Positions 19,464 through 29,155 of a DNA stretch of 64,000 nt are shown here, piece by piece; position 1 is the first letter of the stretch; each line of letters begins with the position of its first letter. This DNA comes from Candidatus Velthaea sp. GTDB taxonomy: Bacteria; Vulcanimicrobiota; Vulcanimicrobiia; Vulcanimicrobiales; Vulcanimicrobiaceae. Location of the stretch: the NCBI GenBank assembly GCA_965214935.1, contig CBDCCS010000014.1:55231-119230 (forward strand), read 5' to 3'. A model generated the notes under the pieces. It searched no databases. It was not told where the DNA came from and worked only from the letters and a program-made list of their open reading frames with translations. The position numbers were made by a program, and so were the translations under genes.

Positions 19464-20561
19464 TCAACGCACGCGCTTGTAAAACGGCAGTGCGACGACC
19501 TGCGCGCCCTGCCGGCTGCCGCGGATCTCGACGTCGAGCCGCGTTCCGATCAACGCGTGCCGGTGGCCGAGCAGAGCGGTCGCGATGTTCTGGTTGCCGA
19601 CCGACGGTGCAATGGATCCGCTACGAATTTCGCCTGCGCGCGTATCGCCGGCGTAGACGGCGTAGCCGCTGCGCGCCGGGACCTTCCCGTCCAAAACCAA
19701 GCCGGCGATGCGGTCGAAGGTGCCGGCGGCCAGCTGCGCTTCAAGCGCCGCTTTACCGCGAAAGATCGGCTTCGCGAGCTTAACGGCCCAGCCGAGCCCG
19801 GCTTGAAGCGGGCCGATGTCTTCGGTCATTTCGTGACCGTAAAGCGGCATGCCGGCTTCGAGCCGCAGAACGTCGCGCGCGCCCAGACCGGCCGGCTGCA
19901 AACCGCCTTCGCGGCCCGCGGCGAGCAGCGCGTCCCAGATATCGGTTGCAATGTCCGAATCGCAAAATATCTCGAAACCGTCTTCACCCGTATAACCGGT
20001 GCGCGCAATGATGATCTCGTCGCCGCGGATGTCCGTCACGACACACGAGTAATACTTCATGGCGCTAAGGTCGGCAGCGACAAAGCCGCTTAACATGTCG
20101 ATCGATCGTGGGCCTTGGATCGCGATGAGCGCATGGCTGCCGTGCCGGTCGCGCACCGCGACATCGGGGCCGGCCGCCTTGACGATCGGCCACATTTTCG
20201 CGGCATTCGCGGCGTTGACGACGAGCAGCCAGCGTTCGTCCGTTAAGCGGTAGAAGATGACGTCGTCGTGCGCGCCGCCCTGCTCGTTGGTAAAAATGTT
20301 ATAGCGCGCCTGGCCGGGCTTCATCGTTTCGACGTGATTGACCGTCAACGCGTCGGCCCACGGACCGACGCCCGGTCCGGCCAACTCGTACTGCGCCATA
20401 TGCGAGAGATCGAACAATCCGGCGCATTCGCGCACCGCGGCATGTTCGCGCAAAATACTCGTATATTGCACGGGCATCTCGAAACCGCCGAACGGTACGA
20501 GGCGAGCACCCAGCGCGCGGTGCGCGTCGAAAAGCGCGGTACGGCGCATCTCGTTAAACAT
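19464..20561 (-). CDS. gcvT: Glycine cleavage system aminomethyltransferase
   Basis: FGGFEMPVQY, LFDLSHM, RTGYTGEDGFE, GLGARDVLRLEAG. Confidence 0.96.
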   Translation of the reverse strand: MFNEMRRTALFDAHRALGARLVPFGGFEMPVQYTSILREHAAVRECAGLFDLSHMAQYELAGPGVGPWADALTVNHVETMKPGQARYNIFTNEQGGAHDDVIFYRLTDERWLLVVNAANAAKMWPIVKAAGPDVAVRDRHGSHALIAIQGPRSIDMLSGFVAADLSAMKYYSCVVTDIRGDEIIIARTGYTGEDGFEIFCDSDIATDIWDALLAAGREGGLQPAGLGARDVLRLEAGMPLYGHEMTEDIGPLQAGLGWAVKLAKPIFRGKAALEAQLAAGTFDRIAGLVLDGKVPARSGYAVYAGDTRAGEIRSGSIAPSVGNQNIATALLGHRHALIGTRLDVEIRGSRQGAQVVALPFYKRVR

Positions 20562-20655
20562 AGCGCTGAGTTCGATGCACCGAGTTTCGCAATCATCCTA
20601 CTTCGTCGCTCGTGGCGCGCGTGCGATCGCAGCTTACGCTGCGAATACTTCGGCG

Positions 20656-21243
20656 TCACCGAAGATCGGCCGGGCCGGGGATGCCGTCAAGCGCCAAAAT
20701 CCATAGTTCAACGGCACGCGCAACGCGTTTGCGTTCTCCCGTCGCGCAGAGATCGAGTAAGAAGCCGCGATATCCGCCGAGTAAGACCGTCGCAATCGCG
20801 CGCGCGTCGGCCCTGCCGTAACCGCTGCGCAGTGCCGGCGCTTCGAGATACGCCAGCCAGCCGCCGACGGCTCGTTCGAGAAAGTGCGGAAACCGGGTCC
20901 GGTTCTGAAGCGCCAAACCATACGTCTCAAAAAATAAGCGGAAAATCGGCTGATTTTTCGGTGCGCTCATCACGGCCCAGGCAGCACTGACCGTCTCGGC
21001 ATACGAGTCCGCGTTACGCGGCAAGCGATCGAATAGCTCACGCTGGTAACGACCGGCCCGAGCAAGCACTTCGATGATAAGCGCCTCTTTCGAATTGAAA
21101 TAGTAGAGCAGCGCCCGCGGACTCAAACCAATCGCGGTCGCCAGCGGACGCAGTTGCAACTCGGTCACGCCGTTCTCCGCGACATAACTCAGTATCCGTT
21201 CGAGCAACTCGGCGCGACGCCGTTCGTCAACCGTTCGTGACAC
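20656..21243 (-). CDS. TetR/AcrR family regulator, probably leaderless (GTG 21243)
   Basis: HTH LRPLATAIGLSPRALLYYFNSKEAL; divergent from the VOC gene. Confidence 0.9.
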   Translation of the reverse strand: MSRTVDERRRAELLERILSYVAENGVTELQLRPLATAIGLSPRALLYYFNSKEALIIEVLARAGRYQRELFDRLPRNADSYAETVSAAWAVMSAPKNQPIFRLFFETYGLALQNRTRFPHFLERAVGGWLAYLEAPALRSGYGRADARAIATVLLGGYRGFLLDLCATGERKRVARAVELWILALDGIPGPADLR

Positions 21244-21248
21244 GACGG

Positions 21249-21292
21249 CAGCATAGCATACTTGAAACCGCTGTTTCAATTATGCTATGCTG
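21249..21292. promoter_or_regulatory. 44-bp palindrome containing two overlapping divergent sigma70-type promoters; probable TetR operator
   Basis: CAGCATAGCATACTTGAAAC-CGCT-GTTTCAATTATGCTATGCTG (one mismatch); TTGAAA-N18-TATGCT on both strands. Confidence 0.8.
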
Positions 21293-21350
21293 TTCGAATC
21301 GAGACATGCGAGCCGCATGCGCGGCTGAGTGCTGCAAAGGATCGTTACCG

Positions 21351-22205
21351 ATGGATGCGACGAAATCACATGCCGACTCGATCTCTCTGGAACTGCGCTA
21401 TGATGACGCCGGCGCCGCCATCGCGTTTCTCACCCGAGCGTTCGGCTTTGCGTTGCACGGCGTCGAGCGGACTGCCGGCGATCGCATCGCTCGCGCTATC
21501 TTGCGCGCCGGTAACGGCTCGCTTCTCGTCGGCAGCACGGATGCCGGCGAGGCCGAGTTTCGTTCACCGCACGCGTTGGACGGCGTAAGCACCGGCAGCG
21601 TGTACGTCGCGATGCCCGACATCGATGCATTGCATGCACGGGCCGCAGCTGCAGGCGCGCACATCATTCACGCACCGGCCGATACCGATTACGGATCGCG
21701 AGATTGCACGGCTGTCGATCCCGAAGGCTTTCTGTGGTATTTCGGGACCTACCACCCGACGGCCGACGGCGGTCATGCAGTTAACTCGAACATATTCGCC
21801 GGATTGCGCTATGCCGATGCCCGAGCGGCAATGGCATGGCTCGGACGAGCGTTCGGCTTCGAGCAGCAATTCGTCGTGCCGGGTGACGGCGACGATATCG
21901 CGCACGCACAACTGCGCTTGGGCGACAGCTTACTGATGTTGGGCAGCGCGCGAGACGACGAATACAATCTGAAAACACCGCGCGACATGCACGGCGCGTT
22001 CACGCACAAACTTCACGTGTACGTTACCGATCCGGACGCGCACTGCGCGCACGCTCGAAGCGCCGATGCCGATATCATGCTCGAACCGACCGGCACGGCG
22101 GACGGCGCGCGTGGCTACACCGTTCGCGACCCCGAAGGCTACGTCTGGACGTTCAGCACTTTTCACCCGGCGTTCGCGGCCCGCGTCCCAACGTTCGAAC
22201 GTTGA
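21351..22205 (+). CDS. VOC/glyoxalase-bleomycin resistance family protein with internal duplication
   Basis: Two repeats of LRY.DA.AA...L.RAFGF ... DPEG..W.F.T. Confidence 0.85.
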   Translation: MDATKSHADSISLELRYDDAGAAIAFLTRAFGFALHGVERTAGDRIARAILRAGNGSLLVGSTDAGEAEFRSPHALDGVSTGSVYVAMPDIDALHARAAAAGAHIIHAPADTDYGSRDCTAVDPEGFLWYFGTYHPTADGGHAVNSNIFAGLRYADARAAMAWLGRAFGFEQQFVVPGDGDDIAHAQLRLGDSLLMLGSARDDEYNLKTPRDMHGAFTHKLHVYVTDPDAHCAHARSADADIMLEPTGTADGARGYTVRDPEGYVWTFSTFHPAFAARVPTFER

Positions 22206-22231
22206 TGCGGCTGCCCGTTAGCGCGGTTTGT

Positions 22232-23122
22232 CTAAGCAAACACGTCGCCGGACTTCGCCAATTCACGGCGCAGGTACAACGGCAGACTGAAAATGCGCCG
22301 ATGCGTTTGGGCGTCGTAAAAGTAATTTTCGCCGCGCAACGCACCGACGTAGTCGTCGATCCGCCGGGTGTCGAGCGCCGCGACGTCCGTTGCATTGCTG
22401 CAGGCGATAAACGCCCAATCGTTGTCGAACGCCGGAACGTGCGTGTAAAAACTCACCACATGCGTAAAAAACGCGCGCAGCGAACGCGCCATCTTCGCGT
22501 GTAGCGCCATGTTATGAAAACCGGCCGTGCTGGCTTGAAGCACATAGACTCCGCCGGGCGCCAGCCGAGCAGAGATGTCGCGAAACACTCGGCCGTTAAA
22601 AAGCGGAAACGATGGTGAATCCGCCAGCGGCTCGGTTAAGTCGGAAATGATCGAACCGTAGGTGGCGCGATCATCGCGTAAAAACGCGAGTGCGTCGCCG
22701 ATGATGAGTCGCGCGCGCGGATCGGCGAACGCTCCGTCCGACCACTCGGCTAAATAGTGCTTCGAGAGTTCGACGACGTCGCCGTCGATATCGACCATCG
22801 TGCAGCGCCGCACGTCCGGGTGGCGCAAAACCTCTCGCAGCGTCGCACCTTCGCCGCCGCCCAAAATAAGAATCTCCGAGCGATCGTCGATTGCCGCGAG
22901 CGCCGGATGAACGAGCGACTCGTGATAAATTTTCTCATCGTGCTGGGAACTCTGCGTGTCGCCGTCGAGCACGAGCATTTTGCCGAAAACCGGCGTACGC
23001 AAAACCGCGACGTCCTGGTATGCCGTTCGGCCGGAATAGTAAACTTCATCGATGGCATGATGGTGAAATTCGGTCGGCGAGAACTCTTCGACGTACCATT
23101 GATAATGTTCGGTTTTCGGCAT
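22232..23122 (-). CDS. speE: Polyamine aminopropyltransferase (spermidine synthase)
   Basis: LVLDG..QS...DE..YHE.LVHP, ILGGGEGATLRE, MVDID; AGGAG RBS. Confidence 0.93.
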   Translation of the reverse strand: MPKTEHYQWYVEEFSPTEFHHHAIDEVYYSGRTAYQDVAVLRTPVFGKMLVLDGDTQSSQHDEKIYHESLVHPALAAIDDRSEILILGGGEGATLREVLRHPDVRRCTMVDIDGDVVELSKHYLAEWSDGAFADPRARLIIGDALAFLRDDRATYGSIISDLTEPLADSPSFPLFNGRVFRDISARLAPGGVYVLQASTAGFHNMALHAKMARSLRAFFTHVVSFYTHVPAFDNDWAFIACSNATDVAALDTRRIDDYVGALRGENYFYDAQTHRRIFSLPLYLRRELAKSGDVFA

Positions 23123-23243
23123 TCGCCACTCCTAAAACGCAGAAACAGTTCGCACTCCGGCCGAGCCGACCGCGCGCGGCCGGACGTGCCGACGGCCGGC
23201 ATCGCTGCCGGCCGTCATTGAACGCACGCGTAAACGCGCTACG

Positions 23244-23663
23244 TTAGGCGGTCTTCCGAGCGAACGACTTTTCTTCATGGTCGGTCGTGACGACATGCGT
23301 AAACTCGCCCTTGCGCGATTCGATGCCGCGTTTGACTTCGGTCGTCAACATGCTTTGGGCACCGAGCGCTTCGGCCGCAAACTCACACGCCGCCCAGGGA
23401 TTCGTGTGATCGCCGCACGTGTAAAAATCCATCGCGGCGTAGCCCGTTTCGGGCCAAGTGTGAATCGACAAATGCGATTCCTGGATCACGACGACGCCTG
23501 AGACGCCGTGGGGCTGGAACCGGTGAAACGCCGTTTCCACGATTGTCGCGTTAGCTTCTTTGGCGGCACCGACCATCATGAGTTCGACGGCGGCAACGTC
23601 GGTAAGTGACCGTGGGTCACAGCCGGACAGCTCGCAAACAATGTGCGTTCCGAGTGCTTTCAA
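23244..23663 (-). CDS. speD: S-adenosylmethionine decarboxylase proenzyme
   Basis: FQPHGVSG, IQESHLSIHTWPE (pyruvoyl ESH), DFYTCG; AAGGAG RBS before TTG 23663. Confidence 0.9.
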   Translation of the reverse strand: MKALGTHIVCELSGCDPRSLTDVAAVELMMVGAAKEANATIVETAFHRFQPHGVSGVVVIQESHLSIHTWPETGYAAMDFYTCGDHTNPWAACEFAAEALGAQSMLTTEVKRGIESRKGEFTHVVTTDHEEKSFARKTA

Positions 23664-23884
23664 TTTTAGACTCCTTGGGCTTGGCTGGGAAAATCCCACC
23701 TCCAGGCGCGTCATCAACCGCGTGCGGTACACCGTCTCGGCCGTGACCTATCGGCGAACTCTTGTTGACGTGTCCTTTTAACACGCGAACGTTTCACCGC
23801 GATGGCGCGTAGGGCGCGCCGTCCCCCAACTGCGGACAACCTAACAGACCCCGGCTCATACAACCCGGGTCTGTCTCGAGTCCG
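23664..23884 (-). ncRNA. Candidate structured cis-regulatory 5' leader of speD-speE
   Basis: About 220 nt between a good promoter and the speD start, with several consecutive stem-loops; no family recognised with certainty. Confidence 0.45.
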
Positions 23885-23890
23885 TCTCCG

Positions 23891-23920
23891 ATCATACCCC
23901 CCCCGGCACCCCCCTGTAAA
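23891..23920 (-). promoter_or_regulatory. sigma70-type promoter of speD-speE
   Basis: TTTACA-N18-TATGAT on the minus strand. Confidence 0.65.
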
Positions 23921-24045
23921 TGGCTTTGGTCCGGAATCTTCGGCGCGAGCATCCGGCAGCGGCGCTCGGCAACTATCGTAACCAACTTAGCATCGGTCTG
24001 CCGGCTAAGAGGATGCACGGAACTGCGAAGCTCATCGAGTGGCCC

Positions 24046-24804
24046 ATGACAAACGATCGAATTGCCGTCGTCACCGGCGCTTCATCCGGTATCGGAGCGG
24101 AGGTCGCACGCGAACTCAAAGGCCAAGGCTTCACCGTCGTACTTACCGGCCGGCGGCGCGAGCGGGTGGACGCGCTCGTAGCCGAACTCGGCGCAGGCAG
24201 CGCGCATACCCTCGACGTGCGCGAGCCCGCGGCGATCGCGGCGTTTGCCGCAGCCGTCGGTGAACGGTATGGCCGGGTCGACGTTTTGGTGAATAACGCC
24301 GGACTCGCCCTCGGACGCCAGACCTTCGATCAAACCATCGACGATGACTGGGTTCAGATGCTCGAAACCAACGTGTTGGGCGTCGCGCGCATAACGCGTG
24401 CATGCCTGCCCTTGCTTCGCGTGCCGCCGCAGGCGCATATCGTTAACATCGGTTCGATCGCCGGTTTCGAGGCGTATCTGGGTGGGGGCGGCTACACCGC
24501 GAGCAAACATGCGCTACGAGCGATCACGCAGACGTTGCGGCTCGAACTCAACGGCGAACCGATTCGGGTCACCGAGATCGCGCCCGGGATGGTCGAAACG
24601 GAGTTCTCGCTCGTACGGCATAAGGGCGATTCGGCCAAAGCCGCCGAGACGTACGCCGGGTTGACGCCGCTGTCGCCGCGCGATATTGCGGATTGCGTCG
24701 GCTTTGCGGTGTCGCGACCGCCGCACGTCGACATCGATTATCTCGTCGTTCGACCCATCGCGCAGGCGACGTCATATAAAATCGCCCGCAACGCTTCGCC
24801 CTAG
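24046..24804 (+). CDS. SDR family NAD(P)-dependent oxidoreductase (YdfG-like)
   Basis: TGASSGIG, NNAG, YTASK, PGMVETEFS. Confidence 0.92.
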   Translation: MTNDRIAVVTGASSGIGAEVARELKGQGFTVVLTGRRRERVDALVAELGAGSAHTLDVREPAAIAAFAAAVGERYGRVDVLVNNAGLALGRQTFDQTIDDDWVQMLETNVLGVARITRACLPLLRVPPQAHIVNIGSIAGFEAYLGGGGYTASKHALRAITQTLRLELNGEPIRVTEIAPGMVETEFSLVRHKGDSAKAAETYAGLTPLSPRDIADCVGFAVSRPPHVDIDYLVVRPIAQATSYKIARNASP

Positions 24805-24937
24805 ACCGGCCGCGGCTACCTTTTTCGAGAAAGCTCGCGACAAGTGAGACCTTCGCAGCGTCTATCGGGTTAGATAATACAGATAGGTCTGCACTTTCTT
24901 GACCTGCTGCCTCGCCAACGGTAGCCTAATGGAGCTT

Positions 24938-26380
24938 ATGGCAATCGAAATGAACGTCGCCTCCCCCGTTTTACCGGCCATGTCCGCGGACATCGTTGAA
25001 GATTATCGTCACGGTCAGCACGACTCCGAGGCGAACTATAAGTTCAAATCGGACAAGGGTCTGACGCGCGAAATGGTCGAGCGCATCTCGGATATGAAGG
25101 GCGAGCCCGAGTGGATGCGCACGTTCCGGCTCAAAGCATTCGACATTTTCCGCAGCAAGCCGATGCCGACGTGGGGCGATACGGCGTTGCTCGAAGAGAT
25201 CGACTTCGATAACATTCACTACTACGTGAAGTCGACCGAAGGCACCGAACGTTCGTGGGACGACGTCCCGGACGACATCAAGAAGACCTTCGACCGGCTT
25301 GGTATACCGGAAGCCGAACGCAAGTTTCTCAGCGGAGTTTCGGCACAGTATGAGTCGGAAGTGGTGTACCACTCCGTCGTCGAGGCGCTCGAGAAAGACG
25401 GCGTCTTGTTTTGCGATATGGACACTGCGCTCAAACAGTATCCGGACATCCTCAAGAAGTATTTTGCAACCATCATCCCGCCGGGCGACAATAAGTTCGC
25501 TGCGCTCAATAGTGCGGTTTGGTCGGGCGGATCGTTCGTCTATGTCCCCAAGGGCGTAACGGTTGCAATGCCGTTGCAGGCGTACTTCCGGATCAACACC
25601 GAGAACATGGGCCAATTCGAGCGCACGCTCATCATTGCCGATGAAGGCGCGAAAGTGCATTACATCGAGGGCTGTACGGCGCCGAAGTTTTCGACGTCTT
25701 CGCTTCACAGTGCCGTCGTTGAGATCATCGCGATGGAAGGCGCATCGGTGCGCTACACGACGATTCAAAACTGGTACCGCAATATATTCAATCTGGTCAC
25801 CAAGCGCGCCGTCGCGTACAAGAACGCGACCGTCGAGTGGGTCGACGGCAACATCGGCTCGCGGCTGACAATGAAGTATCCGGCGATTTATTTAATGGGC
25901 GAAGGCGCGCGCGGAGAGGTTTTGTCGGCGGCGTTTGCCGGTGAAGGCCAGCATCAAGACGCCGGAGCCAAGATCATCCATGCAGCGCCCAATACGACGT
26001 CGGTCGTTACCAATAAGTCGGTCTCGGCGCACGGCGGCAAGACGACGTATCGCGGCTTGGTCGAGATTTTTCCGGGCGCCGTCGGGGCTAAAACACGCGT
26101 AAAGTGCGACGCACTCATCATGGACGAGCTTTCGGCCAGCGACACCAAACCGACGATGAAGGTCAACGAGCAGCGCTCGACCGTCGAGCACGAAGCCTCG
26201 GTTTCCAAGATCGGCGAAGAGCAGCTGTTTTATGCGATGAGCCGCGGACTGAGCGAAGCCGATGCAACGGCGATGATCGTCAACGGGTTCTTCGACTTCT
26301 TCGTCAAGGAGTTACCGATGGAGTATGCGGTCGAACTCAACCGCTTGATCAAAATGGAAATGGAAGGTTCGGTCGGGTAA
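24938..26380 (+). CDS. sufB: Fe-S cluster assembly protein SufB
   Basis: [55 protein letters not shown] end. Confidence 0.97.
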   Translation: MAIEMNVASPVLPAMSADIVEDYRHGQHDSEANYKFKSDKGLTREMVERISDMKGEPEWMRTFRLKAFDIFRSKPMPTWGDTALLEEIDFDNIHYYVKSTEGTERSWDDVPDDIKKTFDRLGIPEAERKFLSGVSAQYESEVVYHSVVEALEKDGVLFCDMDTALKQYPDILKKYFATIIPPGDNKFAALNSAVWSGGSFVYVPKGVTVAMPLQAYFRINTENMGQFERTLIIADEGAKVHYIEGCTAPKFSTSSLHSAVVEIIAMEGASVRYTTIQNWYRNIFNLVTKRAVAYKNATVEWVDGNIGSRLTMKYPAIYLMGEGARGEVLSAAFAGEGQHQDAGAKIIHAAPNTTSVVTNKSVSAHGGKTTYRGLVEIFPGAVGAKTRVKCDALIMDELSASDTKPTMKVNEQRSTVEHEASVSKIGEEQLFYAMSRGLSEADATAMIVNGFFDFFVKELPMEYAVELNRLIKMEMEGSVG

Positions 26381-26394
26381 TTCGGCCGAGATTG

Positions 26395-26421
26395 AAAGCG
26401 GGCGCTCGTCGCCCGCTTTTT
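26395..26421 (+). terminator. Intrinsic terminator after sufB
   Basis: AAAGCGGGCG-ctcgt-CGCCCGCTTT-TT. Confidence 0.8.
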
Positions 26422-26429
26422 ATATTTAC

Positions 26430-26834
26430 TTGGTTACCAACGTGCTGCGATTCAGTTTGACCCGTGCGCTCGTGCGTCGCCTTGCGTTAACTACCGGCAT
26501 GGCGCTCATCATCGGCGCGGCCGTCAACGGCACCGTTTCACAACGCCGGTCCCGGGCGGACTACGCTCGGACGCGCAGCGCAATCACGACGGAGATCTCG
26601 CGCTTCGAATCGCTGCTCGTCAACGGCGAGTCACGCACGCGGGCGGCGGCCGATCTTCATCGGGCGGGCGCAACACTCGCCTCGACGCAGGGAGACATCG
26701 TCATCACGGTCGTGCGCGAACTGAACGGCTCGTCGCAATGCCGGTCGCTCGCGGGGCAATTGCACGTGAGCGTCGATGCACGCAACCACGTCAGCGGCTG
26801 GAAGGCACCGGGGCTTGACGCGGAATGCGATTGA
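26430..26834 (+). CDS. Hypothetical protein with N-terminal hydrophobic segment
   Basis: Fills the gap between the sufB terminator and the ferredoxin; hydrophobic LALTTGMALIIGAAV; start uncertain. Confidence 0.5.
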   Translation: MVTNVLRFSLTRALVRRLALTTGMALIIGAAVNGTVSQRRSRADYARTRSAITTEISRFESLLVNGESRTRAAADLHRAGATLASTQGDIVITVVRELNGSSQCRSLAGQLHVSVDARNHVSGWKAPGLDAECD

Positions 26835-26855
26835 AGCCGCGCGAAGGTTGCGCCA

Positions 26856-27164
26856 ATGGATACCAAGACGCCGGTCGCCAAGCTTTCCGATATTCCGACC
26901 GGCACCACGCAGCGTGTAGCGGTCGATGGACGTGACGTGCTGCTGTGCAACGTCGATGGTACGGTGTATGCCGTCGAGGACATTTGCACGCACGACGGCG
27001 GCGGTCTCGATACCGGCGAACTCGAGGGCTGCCGCATCATGTGCCCGCGGCACGGCGCATATTTCGACGTGACGACCGGCGCGGCGCTCACGTTGCCGGC
27101 AATTTTACCGCTTCCAACCTATGCCGTGAGGCTCGACGGGGACGACATCTTCGTCGACGCTTGA
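26856..27164 (+). CDS. Rieske-type ferredoxin (SUF-associated type)
   Basis: CTH...CPRHGAYFD..TG. Confidence 0.92.
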   Translation: MDTKTPVAKLSDIPTGTTQRVAVDGRDVLLCNVDGTVYAVEDICTHDGGGLDTGELEGCRIMCPRHGAYFDVTTGAALTLPAILPLPTYAVRLDGDDIFVDA

Positions 27165-27175
27165 GCGCCCGGAGC

Positions 27176-27640
27176 TTAGGGTTTGATTGCGAGCAAGGTC
27201 ACGTCAAAAACAAGCGTCGCATTCGGCGGAATGACGCCGCCTGCGCCGGTTGCGCCGTATCCTAAAGCAGGCGGGATGGTCAGGCGGCGCTTACCGCCGA
27301 CGCGCATCGAGATCATGCCCTCATCCCAGCCTTTGATGACCTGACCGACGCCGATCGGCGTTTCAAACGGGTCGTTATTCCGTTTACTGGTGCTGTCGAA
27401 AACCGTTCCGTTCGTGAGTTTTCCCGTATACAGCACGCTGATCGTCTGACCGATCTTCGGCATCGGCCCTTTGCCGACGACGAGATCCGTATATTTCAAG
27501 CCGGACTTCGTCGTCACGCTTTTGCCTCCACCACTGGACGCGTGCATCTTCGCCGCAGGTGGCGGCGCAGCAAAAGCGGCTACCGGCTCGGCAAGCCCCG
27601 CCAAAACGGTCATGGCCACGGCGATACATAAACGTCTCAT
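27176..27640 (-). CDS. Exported FKBP-type peptidyl-prolyl isomerase
   Basis: Signal peptide; YTGKLTNGTVFDS, VIKGWDEG, LGYG...IPPNATLVF. Confidence 0.93.
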   Translation of the reverse strand: MRRLCIAVAMTVLAGLAEPVAAFAAPPPAAKMHASSGGGKSVTTKSGLKYTDLVVGKGPMPKIGQTISVLYTGKLTNGTVFDSTSKRNNDPFETPIGVGQVIKGWDEGMISMRVGGKRRLTIPPALGYGATGAGGVIPPNATLVFDVTLLAIKP

Positions 27641-27692
27641 CGCCTGCGCGCTTCGCTTCAAAGCGGCATATGGCTTGCAATCGAACCGGAGG

Positions 27693-27926
27693 CTACGTCG
27701 CCTCGGATCCGCGGTGCTCGTCGGTCTGATCGTCGCGATTGGGATCTTCGTCGCTTTCACCGTACACGACGTCGGGCGTCGTCGTCATTCCGGCGGCCTG
27801 CGCTTCGCGAAAGGACAGCGGTGCCGCGCTTTCCGCACGGGTGCGCAACTGCCGCGGCATGCCGGAATCGGGATGGTCGTCGACTTCACCCGGTAACGCA
27901 TTCTTGTACTCCGAATCTGTATCCAT
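27693..27926 (-). CDS. Small acidic hypothetical protein
   Basis: 77-aa ATG ORF co-oriented with FKBP and filling the intergenic gap; no motif recognised. Confidence 0.4.
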   Translation of the reverse strand: MDTDSEYKNALPGEVDDHPDSGMPRQLRTRAESAAPLSFREAQAAGMTTTPDVVYGESDEDPNRDDQTDEHRGSEAT

Positions 27927-28024
27927 GAACCGGCGTGTACCCGGGGCACACGGGTTACGAACCGAAACCGCGCTTTACCGTTTGTCGAATGCCCGCACGC
28001 GCTTCGGGCGGCTACAATTACGGC

Positions 28025-28867
28025 ATGGCGACACGTCTGATGGTTTGCCCGCCCACGCATTTTTCGGTGAACTACGATATCAATCCGTGGATGACGCGCA
28101 ACGTCGGCTATTCCGCCCCCGATGCCGTGCGGCAATGGGACCGTCTCATGGAAACCTTCGCCGTCGCCGCAAACGTACAACTCGTGACGATGGAACCCGG
28201 CGAGCAAGTTCCCGATCTCGTGTTTACTGCGAACGCCGGTCTCATCTGCGGAAATCTTGCAATCTTATCCAGCTTCCGGTATCCCGAACGCCGTCGCGAG
28301 CAGGGTCAATATCGCGTCCACCTCGCCAAAGCCGGATTTGCCACAACATATTTGCAGCAAACATATTTCGAGGGCGCGGGCGACGCGATCTTCGATCGCG
28401 TTCGGCCGATCTTGTATGCCGGTTACGGCTGGCGCAGCGAACGCAATGCAACGCTGCAATTGCAAGAACTCGTCGGTTGCCGCGTGATGCCGCTCTTGCT
28501 CGTCGACGAGCGCTTCTATCACTTGGATATGGCGCTTTGTTCGCTCTCATCCGGTCACGTCATGGTCTACATGGACGCACTGAGTCCGCACGCGCAGACG
28601 CAATTGCGGCGTACGATCGATCCCGGCTATCTCATTGAAATCGGCATCGACGATGCGCTTTCTTTTGCCTGCAACAGCGTCGAACTCGACGATGCGATCG
28701 TGATGCACGCATGTACGCGCAATTTGCGCGAACGTCTCAATCATGCCGGCTACCGCGTCTTTCAAACCGAACTCGACGAGTTCCATAAAGCCGGCGGCAG
28801 CGTCAAAAGCCTTACCCTCAAACTCGACGATGGTCCGGCGATTGGAATCGCCGCCGCGTCGGCGTAA
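28025..28867 (+). CDS. Amidinotransferase/DDAH (pentein) family protein, catalytic Cys replaced by Ser
   Basis: V.Y.INPWM, PDLVFTANAG, FEGAGD, FYHLD, KAGGSVKSLTL. Confidence 0.88.
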   Translation: MATRLMVCPPTHFSVNYDINPWMTRNVGYSAPDAVRQWDRLMETFAVAANVQLVTMEPGEQVPDLVFTANAGLICGNLAILSSFRYPERRREQGQYRVHLAKAGFATTYLQQTYFEGAGDAIFDRVRPILYAGYGWRSERNATLQLQELVGCRVMPLLLVDERFYHLDMALCSLSSGHVMVYMDALSPHAQTQLRRTIDPGYLIEIGIDDALSFACNSVELDDAIVMHACTRNLRERLNHAGYRVFQTELDEFHKAGGSVKSLTLKLDDGPAIGIAAASA

Positions 28868-29116
28868 GCCGCTTCATTCGCAGCGAACGCCGGCCCTACA
28901 ATCGGCCATGCCGAGCCCCCGAGGGAGCTCGCACGGCCGATTTTCTTTTGCAACCACCCATCCAACAACAGAACCAAACCGGCCCTGCCTGCCAAACCCC
29001 CGCGTCAATCGCCCAGTACTCCCATCGTGCCGAAGGGGCGGGGCGGACCGGCAGGACCTCACGAGGAGGCGCGAAGCCCGGAGGGCGCCTTCCCGCCCCA
29101 CCGACCCCTAAAACGA

Positions 29117-29146
29117 TTGACGCCGAACCAAAAGATCTGATAACCT
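29117..29146 (+). promoter_or_regulatory. Promoter of rplU-prp
   Basis: TTGACG-N18-TAACCT with TG extension, ending 9 nt before the rplU ATG. Confidence 0.6.
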
Positions 29147-29155
29147 TCCAAAGTT

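Noticed and set aside
20562..20655. Glycine riboswitch upstream of gcvT
   Set aside because: Only about 94 nt available and no recognisable aptamer core.
23794..24018. 74-aa ORF upstream of speD
   Set aside because: Runs through the predicted promoter and its G-tracts; no RBS or motif.
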